This document shows positions 25,658 to 38,874 of a stretch of 64,000 bases of DNA, piece by piece. Source of the stretch: Octopus sinensis (lineage: Eukaryota); NCBI RefSeq assembly GCF_006345805.1, contig NC_043006.1:43214001-43278000 (forward strand). The letters are read 5' to 3'. Made by a program: the position numbers and the translations under genes. Positions within the stretch are counted from its first letter, which is position 1, and the number at the start of each line of letters is the position of its first letter. The notes beneath the pieces are model-generated. The model made no database searches and had not been told where the DNA came from. It saw only the letters and a list, made by a program, of their open reading frames with translations.

Positions 25658-25800
25658 CGACGGGCTTCTTTCAGTTTCTGTCTACCAAATCCACTCACAA
25701 GGCTTTGCTCAGCCCAAGGCTATAGTAGAAGACACTTGCCCAAAGTGCCATGCAGAGGAGCTGAACACAGAACCATGTGGTTAAGGAGATTTCATTAAGT
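24500..25800. repeat. Compound array: ~45-bp cores separated by variable (GGT/GAT)n tracts
   Basis: Cores like AAGTC..TTGGTTTATGGAACCA..TGAAGATTTCATTAAGT at 24728, 24847, 24928, 25072, 25234 and 25379/25785 (split by a SINE). Confidence 0.85.
25391..25784 (-). mobile_element. SINE family A
   Basis: Tail, linker and core match other copies; inserted in the sixth core of the array. Confidence 0.85.
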
Positions 25801-27276
25801 CCAGTCAGCAAAGGAGTCTCTCTGTACTGTCTTAAATCTCACTCAAGTCACACCCTAAAGCAGAGATTCTTAATCTGTTTGACTTTGAAACACTCTAGAG
25901 ATGAAGTACAAACTAAGCATCACATAAAAAATTTTTAATTACTTCACATAGAAAGGTAAATATTACTAGTACATTTTTCCTTCTAAGATAAACTATGTTA
26001 AACACTTAGAAAGCTAATGTGTATCTTTTTCTTACTTCTTCAAACTAGTTTATTCATTTGTTCATTCGACATCTCTCTTTCCATGCTGACATGAGTTAGA
26101 CAGAGAAGAATTTGAGGCTGGATTAACTCTTTGTTATTCAAACCAGCCATAACTGGCCCAAATATTCTGTTTTTATGTTCAAATCAGCCGTATCCAGTCT
26201 CTCACACCTATCCCACAATGTTTTTCTAAACATAAACAATAATATCTTTGAAATGTTAAAGTTATGAGACAATGCATGATTAATTTAAAACAATGAATAA
26301 ATAAGCATTAGATTTCATAGATTAATCTGATTGCTAAAGGGTTAAAATGGCTGGATGCTCTTCTCGATGCTATTTCTCACTTTTTTTGCAAGTAAGGGAA
26401 TTTTTATTCGAGAGAAATTGAAAAGTACAATGCTAGCTGATGACAGAAATTGACAGAAAATGCTGACAAACATCACCAATTGCAATCCATTGGTGATGTT
26501 TGTAGTTGCAGTTCAGCTATAGAAAATGATACCTACCTAAGGTGCTGCACAGGTGGCAGTATTCATTAGTAGCGAGCCATTACACATGTACATTGCAATA
26601 AATATCTTTTATGAGAATTGAAACCGGTTTGTAACTGTCTACCTTGGAATATTTTATTATGTTTTTATAATAGTGTGCCTTGGAGTGTTTAACAATGTAT
26701 TTACAAAATTTTAATTTGACTGTAAAAACATACATTAGAATACACAATCTTGAAATTATTTGATCATAGTAAAGTGTTTTGGATGTGGTATGATATTTTG
26801 GAGTATGTATTGATGTATTTTGAAAAAAATTAATCATGTAATCTATTTTTCAGTACATATTATTGCATTTTGAAATGATTTCATGGCAATAATATACTCT
26901 GGAATTAATTAGCCGCAATGTAAAAGAAATAGTGTATTTTCTTTGTTATTTTTCAACATACACACACACACACACACCACACAACACAACACACACATAT
27001 GCATATATATACATATATGTATCTTTGTTTGTATGTATGTATCTGTGTATGTACATGTGCACATGTGTGTGAGTGTGTCTGTGTGAATGCTTACATTCTG
27101 CATTTTGTACCATGGTGTTCTAATGATTTTTAACATTACCCTGTTCATAAATCACCCACTGGCACTGAACTTTCAAAGATAACTGGAATGAAAATTTCTT
27201 TACTGGAAGTGGTAAAACATATGTAAAACAGAACAAATTGGTTGATCAACTCAATTTTCTATCATAATTGGCAATA

Positions 27277-27665
27277 GGCACAAGTGTAGCTGTGTGGTAA
27301 GAAGCTTGCTTCCAAACCATATAGCTCTGGGTTCAGTCCCACTGCATGGCACCTTCAGAAAGTGTTTTCTACTATAGCCTCAGGTCAACCAGAGCCTTTG
27401 AATTGATATAGTTGATGGAAACTGAAAGAAGCCTGTCAAAATATATGTGTGTGTGTGTTTGTGTCTGTGTATGTGTGTGTGCACATGCACGTGTATGTAT
27501 GTGTCTTTGTGTCACTGTTTGTCCCTCCTCACCACTTGACAACTGGTGTTGGTATGTTTATGTCCCCAAAACTTAGTGGTTCAGCAAAAAGTGACCAATA
27601 GAGTAAATACCTGGCTTAAATAATAAGTACAGGGGTCAAATCATTCAGCTAAAAATTCTTCAAGG
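27277..27665 (+). mobile_element. SINE family A
   Basis: Head, core, (TG)n linker and tail. Confidence 0.8.
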
Positions 27666-27767
27666 CAGAGCTCCAGTAAAAGATAAAGGATAAAGTAAGG
27701 CAGTGCCCCAGTAAAAGATAATAAATTTATAAAAGATAATTAATTTGTATATGTTAGTGCTATACAC

Positions 27768-28859
27768 CAATGCTACTCAAAGTGGTGGCTCGCAGACTGG
27801 CACCGGTCTGTGAGCCATCAGCTACCAGTATGCAGCAAGTTTCCAGAAAAGAAAGAAACAATAGTTTGAAAAATTATAATCTTATTAACAACAACTTGTC
27901 TCAGACATTTAATTCATATATAAATTTAATTTCAGTAATTTCACCTTATGTACTGCAGTAAACAACTTATCAGCTTATGTAATATTGTAATGTTTGTTTA
28001 CAAAATAAGGCAATGAGCTGGCAGAAATGTTAGCACACTGGGTGGAATGCTTAGCGGTATTTCATCTTTCTTTACGTTCTGAGTTCAAATTCTGCCAAGG
28101 TCGACTTTGCCTTTCATCCTTCCAGGATCGATAAATTAAGTACCAGCTGTGTGCTGGGGTCAATCTAATTGACTGGCCCTCTCCCCCCAAATTTCAGACC
28201 TTGTGTCTAGAGTAGAAATGAATAAGTTTTTAAGGTGGCCAGCTGGCAGAAGCATTAGCACATCGGCTGAAATCCTTAGTGGTATTTTGTCTGTCTTTGC
28301 ATTCTGAGTTCAAATTCCTCCATGGTTGACTTGCCCTATCATCCTTTTGGGGTTGATAAATTGAGTACCAGTTGCATACTGGGTTTGATCTAATTGACTG
28401 GCCCCCTTCCCCAAAATTTCAGGCCTTGTGCCTAGAGTAGAAAAGATTATTTGTTTACAAAATAAATATAAAATTAAAAAACTTTTATTATACTCATTAT
28501 ATATATTGTTTCTGATATAAATTAATATTACTAAGATACATTTATTTCTTTATTGTCCACAGGGGGCTAAACATAGAGGGGACAAACAAGGACAGACAAA
28601 GGGATTAAGTCAATTACATTGACCCCAGTGCGTAACTGTTACTTATTTTATCGATCCCTGAAAAGATGAAAGACAAAGTCAACCCCAGCAGAATTTGAAC
28701 TCAGAGCATAATGGCAGATGAAATACCGCTAGGCAGTTCGCCCAGTGTGCTAACGATTCTGCCAGCTCACATCCCTATTTCTAAGAAATATTACCGGTCC
28801 CTGGCATATTGGAAGAAAAAACTGCTAGAACGCCACATCAAGTAGTTTGAGAAGCACTG
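27768..28859. mobile_element. hAT (Charlie-like) non-autonomous element with nested SINEs
   Basis: TIRs CAATGCTACTCAAA / TTTGAGAAGCACTG; flanking 8-mers ctatacac / atatacat (6 of 8 match) fit a decayed 8-bp TSD. Confidence 0.6.
28008..28775. mobile_element. Three SINE B copies (two plus-strand tandem, one minus-strand)
   Basis: GGCA..GAGCTGGCAGAA...TTCTGAGTTCAAATTC heads near 28008 and 28215; reverse copy at 28545-28775. Confidence 0.8.
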
Positions 28860-29639
28860 ATATACATAATATGTCTTGAAAAATTCTGTTATTCATGATT
28901 TTACAATGCAAAAATTTGGTCAATAGAATGGCAAAACTAAGAAATTGAACTGATGCCACGATGTCATCTCACTAGGAACTTACCACTGGGCTATGACATT
29001 CAAGCTAATTGACTTTAGTCTTTACAAAGCAGAAACAACAATAAAACCACCAACAAGGACAAGAAGAAGAAGAAGAAGAACTACAACAACAACAAGAAAA
29101 AGAATAGAAAGAAAAAGAAGATGTAGATGATAATGATGACGATGATGATGATGATGACGATGACGATAAACTAATAAAAACTAATAACAACAACAACAAT
29201 AATAGCGACAAGAAGAAATAAAAGCAGATTTTGCGAGTAATGATTAGAAGTAAATGAATAAAGAGGGGGGAGGAGTTCTGCAGAAGGAGAGGAATTTATA
29301 GACCACAAAGATGAAGAGGAGGAGGTGAAAGGAGAGGACAGAAGAGGAGTTGAGATTACTTTGAAATAATTAATGCAGCTAGGTAGTGGCAAGGGAAAAC
29401 AACAATAAGGTCTGTGACCAGGGAAATAACAACAACAACAACAACAACAACAAAAAAGACAAACAAAAAGAATGAGAGAAAAGCAAAAATGAAACCTAGT
29501 GAGGTGAGCAGTTGTTTTGCTTCTGAAGTTGTTTTATAAGTAAAACTATTGTTGTATTACTTAAGACAATGAAATTTGGTGAAGTGTAAAATGGCAGCGC
29601 CATGGTAGGATTTATCTGATAGTAGTATAAAGACATACG

Positions 29640-29650
29640 TGCTTGTGTGG

Positions 29651-29683
<33 letters not shown>

Positions 29684-29889
29684 TTATGTCTTATATGTAT
29701 GTGTGTCAGAGCGTGGGTTTGTGTAGGCGTGTGATTGTCGATATGAATGTGTGAATGGATATGTGAGCGTACAAATGTGTATGAGTGTGTGTGTGTTTGT
29801 GTCGCTCTCTCTCTCTCTGTCCTTATATATATATTTATACACACACACACACAAAAACATGTATATACTCATATATATGCATGTATGTG

Positions 29890-29920
<31 letters not shown>

Positions 29921-30134
29921 CTATATATATATATTGATAGATATGAATACATATGTATATGTGTATATGTATATTATATGTGTGTGTATATATATATATG
30001 TATACATCTATATATGTGTATATGTATGTATACATATGTATATATATATATAGATAGATATATGTATATATACATATATTAGATATATATACATACATAC
30101 ATTCACACATGCATACATCATGTATGTATATATA

Positions 30135-30170
<36 letters not shown>

Positions 30171-30206
30171 ACATTCAGATATATCTATATATACATGTAC
30201 ATGCAT

Positions 30207-30246
<40 letters not shown>

Positions 30247-30856
30247 ACACACACACACAATATATATATATATATAAATTTATATAAACATATATATGTA
30301 TATGTACGTACGTATATATGTGTGTGTTTGTGTGTGTGTGTGTCTGTGTATGTGTGTGTCTTAACACCTACATATGCACACATACATTCACATGTATTTA
30401 TGTCAAATGTATGTGTGTACGTAAAGTATACGTGTGCGTGGTGTCTAAGACTGGGGTTGAAAAGGAAAGAGAGAAATTCTTCCTGAGAGTAAATTACATC
30501 AGAGAGTGGAAAAGATGAAAAGAAGGTCATAAAAGATAGTTGTACAGTGTTTGCATGCTGGAAGCCATCTGTTCTACACTCTGCTGACCAATTCCATGAT
30601 TGGCACTGCAAACTGTCTCAAGGCAGAACTTACACAACGGTAAGAACTTCGATAAGAAGACACTTCCGACATACATCAGAAGCAGCTCATGTGCACACAC
30701 ACACACACATACACATACATGCACACACACACACAAACACACGGACACACACATATATATATACACACACACACGCACATATATCTACATACACATATAT
30801 AGAGAGATAGACACATACATAATACATACATACATAGTACACACATACAAACAAAT

Positions 30857-30899
<43 letters not shown>

Positions 30900-31160
30900 C
30901 ATTAAACATATATATATACATATATGTATGCATACATATATATAATAAATGTATTTGTATATGTATATATGTATGTATGTATGTATATGTATGTATATAT
31001 ATATATGTGTATGTATATATGTATATATATAGATATATAGTGTATATAATATATATATAATGCATATGTATATATATGTGTATTTACTTTATATATAGTA
31101 TATATAAGTATATAGATAGACAGACAAGTAGATAGATAGATAGATAGATAGATAGGCAAG
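29640..31160. repeat. Mixed (TG)n/(TA)n/(CA)n microsatellite field
   Basis: Direct inspection; source of many spurious ORFs. Confidence 0.9.
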
Positions 31161-31810
31161 TAGGTAGGTGTGCAGACAGACAGACTGACAGGAAGATAGA
31201 TCTAAATATATTTATAATTCATGTGTTTCAATAAAAATTTGTCTCATTTCTAAATATTTAACTGATTGCGTTTCTGTTTCCGTGTGTTTCTACAAAGTCT
31301 ACCTTTTGTGCACAAGTGTGGGCTTAAGTGTATGTGTATGCATGAGCATACGTGTGTATATGTGTATGTGAATTGTGCACAAATTTTACGACTGTAACTC
31401 AGCGTCTTTTACTTAAATTTTTCCTCTTCGTACGCATGCATGCATGCTGTGTGTGGGAGTGTGTATGCATGTATGGGAGTGTGTATGCAGTTGCACGAAT
31501 ACATACACCCACATTCTTTCATGTGGAAAAACAGGAATGCGTGTTCCTTTAAAATAACTTTGAGTTTTCAAGCCTAAAGCGCATCTACAACATTTACGTT
31601 GATGTGTATGTATGTGCGCATGTATGTGTGTATGTGTATATGTGCGTGTGTGTATAAATATATGTATGTGTGTATGTACATATGTATGTATGCATATATA
31701 TATATGTGTGTGTATATACACGGACATATTTATTTATATATATATACATATATTAATATTCATATATATACATATATATAAACATATATACATATATATA
31801 TATATATCTT

Positions 31811-32186
31811 TACACTTTTACTTGTTTCAGTCATTTGACTATGACCATGCTGGAGCACTGCCTTTAGTCGAGAAAATCGATCTGAGGACTTCTTTGTAAG
31901 CCTACTACTTATTATATCTGTACCGCTAGGTTACAGAGACATAAACACACCAAGCAATGTTGTGGGGACAAACACAGACACACAAACATATACACACACA
32001 TACATATATATATATATACATATATACGATGGGCTTCTTTCAGTTTCCGTCTACTAAATCCACTCACAAGGCTTTGGTTGGCCCAAGACTATAGTAGAAG
32101 ACACTTGCCCAAGGTGCCATCAGTGGGACTGAACCCGGAACCATGTGGTTCGTAAGCAAGCTACTTACCACACAGCCACTCTTATG

Positions 32187-32187
<1 letters not shown>
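31811..32187 (-). mobile_element. SINE family A
   Basis: Tail-to-head match with other copies. Confidence 0.85.
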
Positions 32188-32224
<37 letters not shown>

Positions 32225-32363
32225 CACACTCAAATATACCCCATATACTTCCATATATACTTATTGTATACTTTTTTATATATGTATATGGAAGTGTGCG
32301 TATATATATATTATATATATATATATGTATATATATATGTATATATATGTATATATGTGTATA

Positions 32364-32575
32364 TATGACAAGATGTGAACGAGGACAGACGAGGTCCCTC
32401 CTGAACCTCATCAACACCCTGTACATGGAGCAAGTAATACTCCAACCAACCAGGGCAGGTAACACACTGGATCTCTGCTTCACAATGACATGGATCTCAT
32501 CTATAATGTGAAAGTGACACCGACACTACTCTCGGATCACAACATGGTAGAGCTGACCATGTACGGGCAAAGAGA
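32364..32575 (+). mobile_element. CR1-like LINE AP-endonuclease fragment running into the gap
   Basis: QTRSLLNLINTLYMEQVILQPTRAGNTLDLCFT(N)DMDLIYNVKVTPTLLSDHNMVEL; APE motifs PTR..NTLDL and SDH, with a 1-nt frameshift. Confidence 0.8.
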
Positions 32576-32675
32576 NNNNNNNNNNNNNNNNNNNNNNNNN
32601 NNNNNNNNNNNNNNNNNNNNNNNNNNNNNNNNNNNNNNNNNNNNNNNNNNNNNNNNNNNNNNNNNNNNNNNNNNN
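32576..32675. other. Assembly gap, 100 N
   Basis: Run of N. Confidence 1.
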
Positions 32676-33105
32676 CTGCTTGTGAAGACCCGTTGAGGCA
32701 AGGACGATCAGAATCGAAATCGATCAATGGAAATCGATCAATGGAAATTGCAGATGTGTTACCAGTGCCGGTGGCATGTAAGAGAACTTTCCGTTTCGCG
32801 ACGTTACCAGCACCGCCCCGTTCGTGTCCGTTGCCAGCCTCGCCTGGCCCTCGTGCCGGTGGCACATAAAAAGCACCATCCGTTCATGGCCGTTTGCCAG
32901 CTCTGTCTGGCACCAGTGCGGGTGGCATGTAAAAAGCACCCACTACACTCACGGAGTGGGTGGCGTTAGGAAGGGCATCCAGCCATAGACACACTGCCAG
33001 ATTTGACTGGGCCTGATGAAGCCTTCTGGCTTCACAGACCCCAGTAGAACCGTCCAACCCATGCTAGCATGGAAAAGGACGCTAAACGATGATGATGATG
33101 ATGAT
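32676..33105 (+). mobile_element. Repeat family D (non-autonomous retroelement with (GAT)n tail)
   Basis: GCCGGTGGCA..TAAAAAGCACC internal repeats, TTAGGAAGGGCATCCAGC, CATGCTAGCATGGAAA and a (GAT)n tail; other copies near 39925, 50195 and 57116. Confidence 0.75.
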
Positions 33106-33231
33106 GATATATACACACACAACATATATATATATATATATGTATTGTGTATATAATATATATATATAAATGGTGGTGCCCCAGCATGGCCACAGCTCAT
33201 GAGCTGAAATATATATATATATGTATATATA

Positions 33232-33272
<41 letters not shown>

Positions 33273-33276
<4 letters not shown>

Positions 33277-33531
33277 AGCATAGCTAGGGTGGGTGCTACT
33301 TTGAGGGTGACAATTTTGGCCAAGATCATTTTCTAATTAAGCCATAAAAAGAATTTTTTAAACTTTTTCAGGAATGGTTTGTTTTGCTTATCACCATCCA
33401 CGCCACTAGATAGAATAGGTGTTCTTACTTGACCTCACAAATGCATGAGCTGCTTTTTGGTTGGCTGGTTGGGTGACAGGGGTGCAATTTTGATGCTTGT
33501 CCTGGGTGTCATTTACCTTAGCTACTTCCCT

Positions 33532-33532
<1 letters not shown>
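33273..33532. mobile_element. Unclassified MITE
   Basis: Decayed TIRs TAGGAGCATAGCTAGG / CCTTAGCTACTTCCCTG. Confidence 0.5.
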
Positions 33533-33572
<40 letters not shown>

Positions 33573-33580
33573 TCATCATC

Positions 33581-33666
33581 ATCGTCATCATTGTTTAACA
33601 TCCACTATCCATGCTGGCATGAGTTGGATGGTTTGATGGAGGGCTGGCGAACCAGAAGGCTGGCCA

Positions 33667-33744
<78 letters not shown>

Positions 33745-33752
33745 TATATATA

Positions 33753-33789
<37 letters not shown>

Positions 33790-33874
33790 TGGCCAGCCTT
33801 CTGGTTCGCCAGCCCTCCATCAAACCATCCAACTCATGCCAGCATGGATAGTGGACGTTAACAATGATGACGAT
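33581..33874. repeat. Near-perfect inverted duplication of a family D tail around (TA)n
   Basis: ~95-bp arms differing by one indel and one substitution. Confidence 0.95.
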
Positions 33875-34005
33875 ATATATTAATATATATATTTATATAT
33901 ATATATATATATATGCACACATTAAGTTCAAGAATGAACATATACTCCTTCATTACAATCCTTTCAACAATGCATGGGTCTAATATATCATAAATATAAA
34001 ATTAT

Positions 34006-34265
34006 GCCCATGGGTATATGGCATAGTGGTTAAGAGCATGGGCTACTAACCCCTAGATTCCGAGTTCAATTCCAGGCAGTGACTTGAATAATAACAATAA
34101 TAATAATAATAATAACATCGAAAAATACCTTAGGAATGAGAACCCAGGTTCGAAATTTCTCCAAGACACCTGATAAAGGCTGGAGGATATATCAGCCGAA
34201 ATATTGCGCTAACAACAAGCAAGATGAGGACAAATATCCGTCAAACGTAAATAATGTAAATAATG
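34006..34265 (+). mobile_element. SINE family F, uninterrupted; hammerhead mutated
   Basis: tRNA head, (AAT)n linker, tail with gacac-CTGATAA-aggctg..cagcc-GAAAT at 34165-34210. Confidence 0.8.
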
Positions 34266-35510
34266 AATATGTAAATAATGAATAAATAATGAATAATTAT
34301 TGTTTGATATAACAGCTTATCATATGTGATACATATTCAGTCTGTTTGGCTTGGTTCTTATGGTTTGGTGCCCTTCCTAGCACCAACACACAGGCGAGGT
34401 CAGTTTTGGAGTGGTTTTTACGGCTGGATGCCCTTCTAAATGCCAACCACTTTACAGTGTGGACTGGATGCTTTTTAAGTAGCACCTGCACTGGTGGGGG
34501 TCACCAAGTGACTTTGCAACACAAGGAGTTTTGAGAGGGGACGGGGAATTGGAGGAGGTTATCTAGTGTCAGATGATGAAAGATTAGAGTGTGACAGAGA
34601 GGCAGAGGCAGACATCTTGCAGCAGAGGAGGTCCAAGGTTACCCAGCCAGGGAGAGGGAGATAGAGGAAGAGAAAGACAGAGCAAGAGAAAGAAAGTGAG
34701 AGTGAGAGTTAACAAGAATGAAGGCAGAAACAGTTACTTAGAGAGAGAGTGGAAATTAATAAGAGGTGTGCTGCTGTAAAGGAGATATATGGTTACCTAG
34801 CCAGAGGTTAGGGCCAAGGATGGCAGAAGAGAGAGTGATCAAGAATTAGGGCAGAAACAGATTTGTTGCTGTAGAGGAGATACATGATTACTCAGCCAGA
34901 GGGGAGAGCAAGGGAAAGAGGGGAGAGAGTAGGAGACAGCAAGAGCAGGAGAGGGATAGTGACAAATCCAAGGGTACACTTGCAAGGAACAGGATCAGGG
35001 TATAGAAGGGATGTTAGAGTAAGGAAGAGAGAGATGAATTGTGACAGGTGCTGGCAGGGTGCCGCCAATGAGTCAGGAGACAGGAGTGGGGCTGGGGAAT
35101 GCAGTGACTGGTGAGAATCTGGGTATACAGAGGGGGAAGGATGGGGGAAGCAATGATGCAGAGAGCTGGGTAGCTAGGAATGGATGGGGGTCTGGAAGAT
35201 AATCATAGTGTAGGAAGAGGTAATGTGGGGAAGAGATGAGACACAGTTTGGGAAAGGGGTGATGTAGTTTGGTTTGCTGGGGTAGGTTGTGTGAAAGTTT
35301 TATTATGTGTGGGTGGGACACAACACTTCTGGAACTCAGGGTTGCTGACATGTATGTTTGTATGTGTGTGTGTGTGTGTATGTGCACATATATATGTATG
35401 CATGTATGTAGATAGATAGATACATACATACATGCATGCAAACATACATACACACACATATATGAGAGATAAAAACCATGCAAACTAAAATCAAAAGATT
35501 ATGAGTTAAT

Positions 35511-35897
35511 GAGGAGTGGCTGTGTGGTAAGTAGCTTGCTTACCAATCACATGGTTCTGGGTTCAGTCCCACTGCGTGGCATCTTGGGCAAGTGTCTTCT
35601 ACTATAGCCTCAGGCTGACTAAAGCCTTATGAGTGGATTTGGTAGACAGAAACTGAAAGAAGCCCATCGTGTATGTACACGTGCGTGTATATGTTTGTGT
35701 GTCTGTGTTTGTCCCCCCAACATCGCTTGACAACCAATGCTGGTGTGTTTAGGTCCCCGTAACTCAGCAGTTTGGCAAAAGAGACCAATAGAATAAGTAG
35801 TAGGCTTCCAAAGAATAAGTCCTGGGGTTGATTTGCTCAACTAAAGGCGGTGCTCCAGCATGGCCGCAGTCAAATGACTGAAACAAGTAAAAGAGTA
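35511..35897 (+). mobile_element. SINE family A, full length
   Basis: Complete head-core-linker-tail. Confidence 0.9.
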
Positions 35898-36302
35898 ACT
35901 AAATAGTAGACAGGTAAAACAGTGGAAAAAGTACAGATATGTGCCTAACACTTTGTGTCCCCAAAAAGAAACAAAAGTAATAAGAGAAATTAGAGGAAAA
36001 CAAATTGATACAATACCAAATTTACAATGTCTGTTTACATAGCAAACTTAGAGTTAAAAGTAACAATGACATCTGTATCTGCCTATACATGCGTATCCAT
36101 TTATCGTAGACTCATATACACACATCAAGCGTGTAACGGAAAACAGATAATTGATGAAGCAGATGATCAGATAGAAGTTCCAAATTTATGCACATAACTA
36201 AGCGTTTATCTGTCTTTCTCTTGCTTCCCTCTCTGTTCCGCTCTGTCTCTTTATCTCTCTTTGTTCTTCTGTATACACACACACACACACACACGCATGT
36301 AC

Positions 36303-36525
36303 ATATTCTTTTATTCTTTTACTTGTTTCAGTCATTTCACTGCGGCTGTGCTGGAGCACTGCTTTTAGTCAAATAAATCAACTCCGGGACTTATTCTCTG
36401 TAAGCCTAGTATTTACTCTATCGTTCTCTTTTGCCAGACTGCTAAGTTACAGGGACATAAACACACCAGCATCAGTTGTCAAGTAATGATGAGGGAACAA
36501 ACACACACACAAATACATATATATA

Positions 36526-36578
<53 letters not shown>

Positions 36579-36745
36579 TATGACAGGCTTCTTTCAGTTT
36601 CTTTCAATCAAATCCATTAACAAGGCTTTGTTTGGCCCAAGGCTATAGCAGAAAAAACTTGCCCAAAGTGCCATGCAGAGAGACTGAACCTGGAACCATG
36701 TGGCTTGGAAGCAAGCTTCTTACCACACAACCACTCCTGCGCCTA
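36303..36745 (-). mobile_element. SINE family A, full length
   Basis: Complete reverse copy. Confidence 0.85.
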
Positions 36746-36827
36746 TAAATATATATATTTATTTTTTTATAGACCAAAAAATGTAAGCTGTAAAAAAAAT
36801 TAGTAATGTAGGTCAATGGTTAATGCT

Positions 36828-36908
36828 GTTACCCAGTATTTTAATATTTCAGGGTTAGATTTCCCGAAGAAGGGGTTCTAACACCAAAATATTAAAATAC
36901 CAAGTAAC
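36828..36908. repeat. Short fold-back
   Basis: gttacccagtattttaatattt..gttaga / tctaac..aaatattaaaataccaagtaac. Confidence 0.75.
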
Positions 36909-37057
36909 TGTACTAACCGTCAACCTGTGTTATTAACTTACATTATTTTGGCTTTAAAATAGAATATTTAAAACACTTATATATACATATCAGGCAATGT
37001 TTCATGAAAACTATACTATTCAAATATATATATATATATATATATATGGAAAAAAGT

Positions 37058-37307
37058 CAAGGTAGAAAATGCTAAAATAATTTTATAAAAAGCATTTTAG
37101 TACCGCTTTCAGTCATTGAGACTTTTTCAACAGTAAGTATGGAAAACAATTAAATTTTGGAAAAATTAAATGGAAAGTATTTTAAAAGAATATTTGCATA
37201 GTATCCAAAATTTTATTGTTTTCCATACTTACAGTTGGAAAAATTTCAATGACCGAAACTGGTACTGAAATGTTTTTTATAAAATTATTTTAACATTTTC
37301 TACCTTG
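37058..37307. repeat. Fold-back, ~104 bp arms, each with a hammerhead-like motif
   Basis: 37058-37161 versus 37204-37307. Confidence 0.9.
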
Positions 37308-37931
37308 GCGTGTGTTTCTTTTCAACCTTCTACGTGTATATATATATATATATATATATATAATCATCATCATCATCATCATCATTATCATCATTTAACT
37401 TCCACCTTCTATGCTGGCATGGATGGAATGGTTTGACAAGAGCCAATCAGGCAGAAGTCTGCACCAGACTTCTGTAACTGTTTTAGCAGGATTTTTACAG
37501 CTGGATACCCTTCCTAATACCAACCACCCAGCAAAGTAGACTTAGTCCTTTTTACATGGCACAAGCACAGGTGAGGTCAGTTTTGGCAAGGTTTTTACAG
37601 CTGGATGTCCTTCCAAATGCCAACCACTTTACAGTGTGGACTGGATGCATTTTACATGGCAGCTGCACTGTTGGGGTCACCAAATATCTTGCAAGACAAG
37701 GAATCTATGAGAGAAGAGGGGGCATTGGAGGAGATGATTTTATGTCAAAGGATGAAAGGTTATAATGAGACAGAGAGACAGAAACAGGTGCCTTGCTGTA
37801 GAGGAAGTACAAGGTTACCCAACCAGGGAGAGAGAGAGAGAGAAAGACAGACAAACAGAGACGGTGAGACAGAGAGAGATGGATGGATAGATAGACAGAC
37901 ATACTTGAGAGACAGATAAACAAATTAACAT

Positions 37932-37965
<34 letters not shown>

Positions 37966-38874
37966 ATAGAAATGGTAAGACAACAAAAGAATGAAAGAGA
38001 CTTCGACATTATGTAAATAAAGGAATTTATCTGCAAATATAATATGTGACAATTATATTTACAGATATATATATATATATATATATATATAAAGAGAGAG
38101 AGGGAGAGAACACAGAATATGGTGTTATTTATGATGAGAAAATTTCTCATATAGATTTGTGGTGCATATAAGCACTCATGTTTATATCACTAGAAGGAGA
38201 TAATCTTCTGCTAGAACTGCCAGATGACATGATTTCTGTCTTCCTTGGACTTGTCAATAACAGATGTCCATTGCTAGAGATAACAACACTTAATCTGTGA
38301 AACTTTTGCTGATTATCAATAAAATGTGTGTATGTGTACATGTGTGCATATCTATGTATAGAGTGTTTGAATATGTATGTGCGATATTATTGATATAATA
38401 TATATATACATACATACATATATATATATATACATATGTACATTATTTTATGAATGTTTGTTTTTAAGTATAGTTTTATATAAAAACAGTCAAACATTAA
38501 TTGAATCGTTACTCCTGACATTTAAAGAAGGCATCACATTTATTTCTAAAAGGAAATTGCCGACAGTGACTTCAAAGTTTTACCTGTCATCGACTCAATT
38601 AGGCTGTCTGACAAAGTTAACAACTGTTAACTTTTGCCTTGTATATATATACATGTGCACATTTACACATGTACCTATGAGTGTGTGTGTAAATATACAT
38701 ATCTATAAACACATATATACTTACACATGCACACACACATGCACTCATATGCATATATATTATATATACATACATGTTTATTATAACCTACGACTTGCTT
38801 GCACACATACAAACACACTCACAAATACACACAGATGTACATGCACACACAAATTCTGTAAAAATTTATGTATA

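Noticed and set aside
24728-25800. CRISPR-like repeat-spacer appearance
   Set aside because: Cores are divergent, spacers are simple repeats of uneven length, there are no cas genes, and the context is eukaryotic.
29588-29610. AAAATGGCAGCGCCATGG start-like / YY1-like motif
   Set aside because: Stop after five codons, weak donor, no CpG-rich promoter context.
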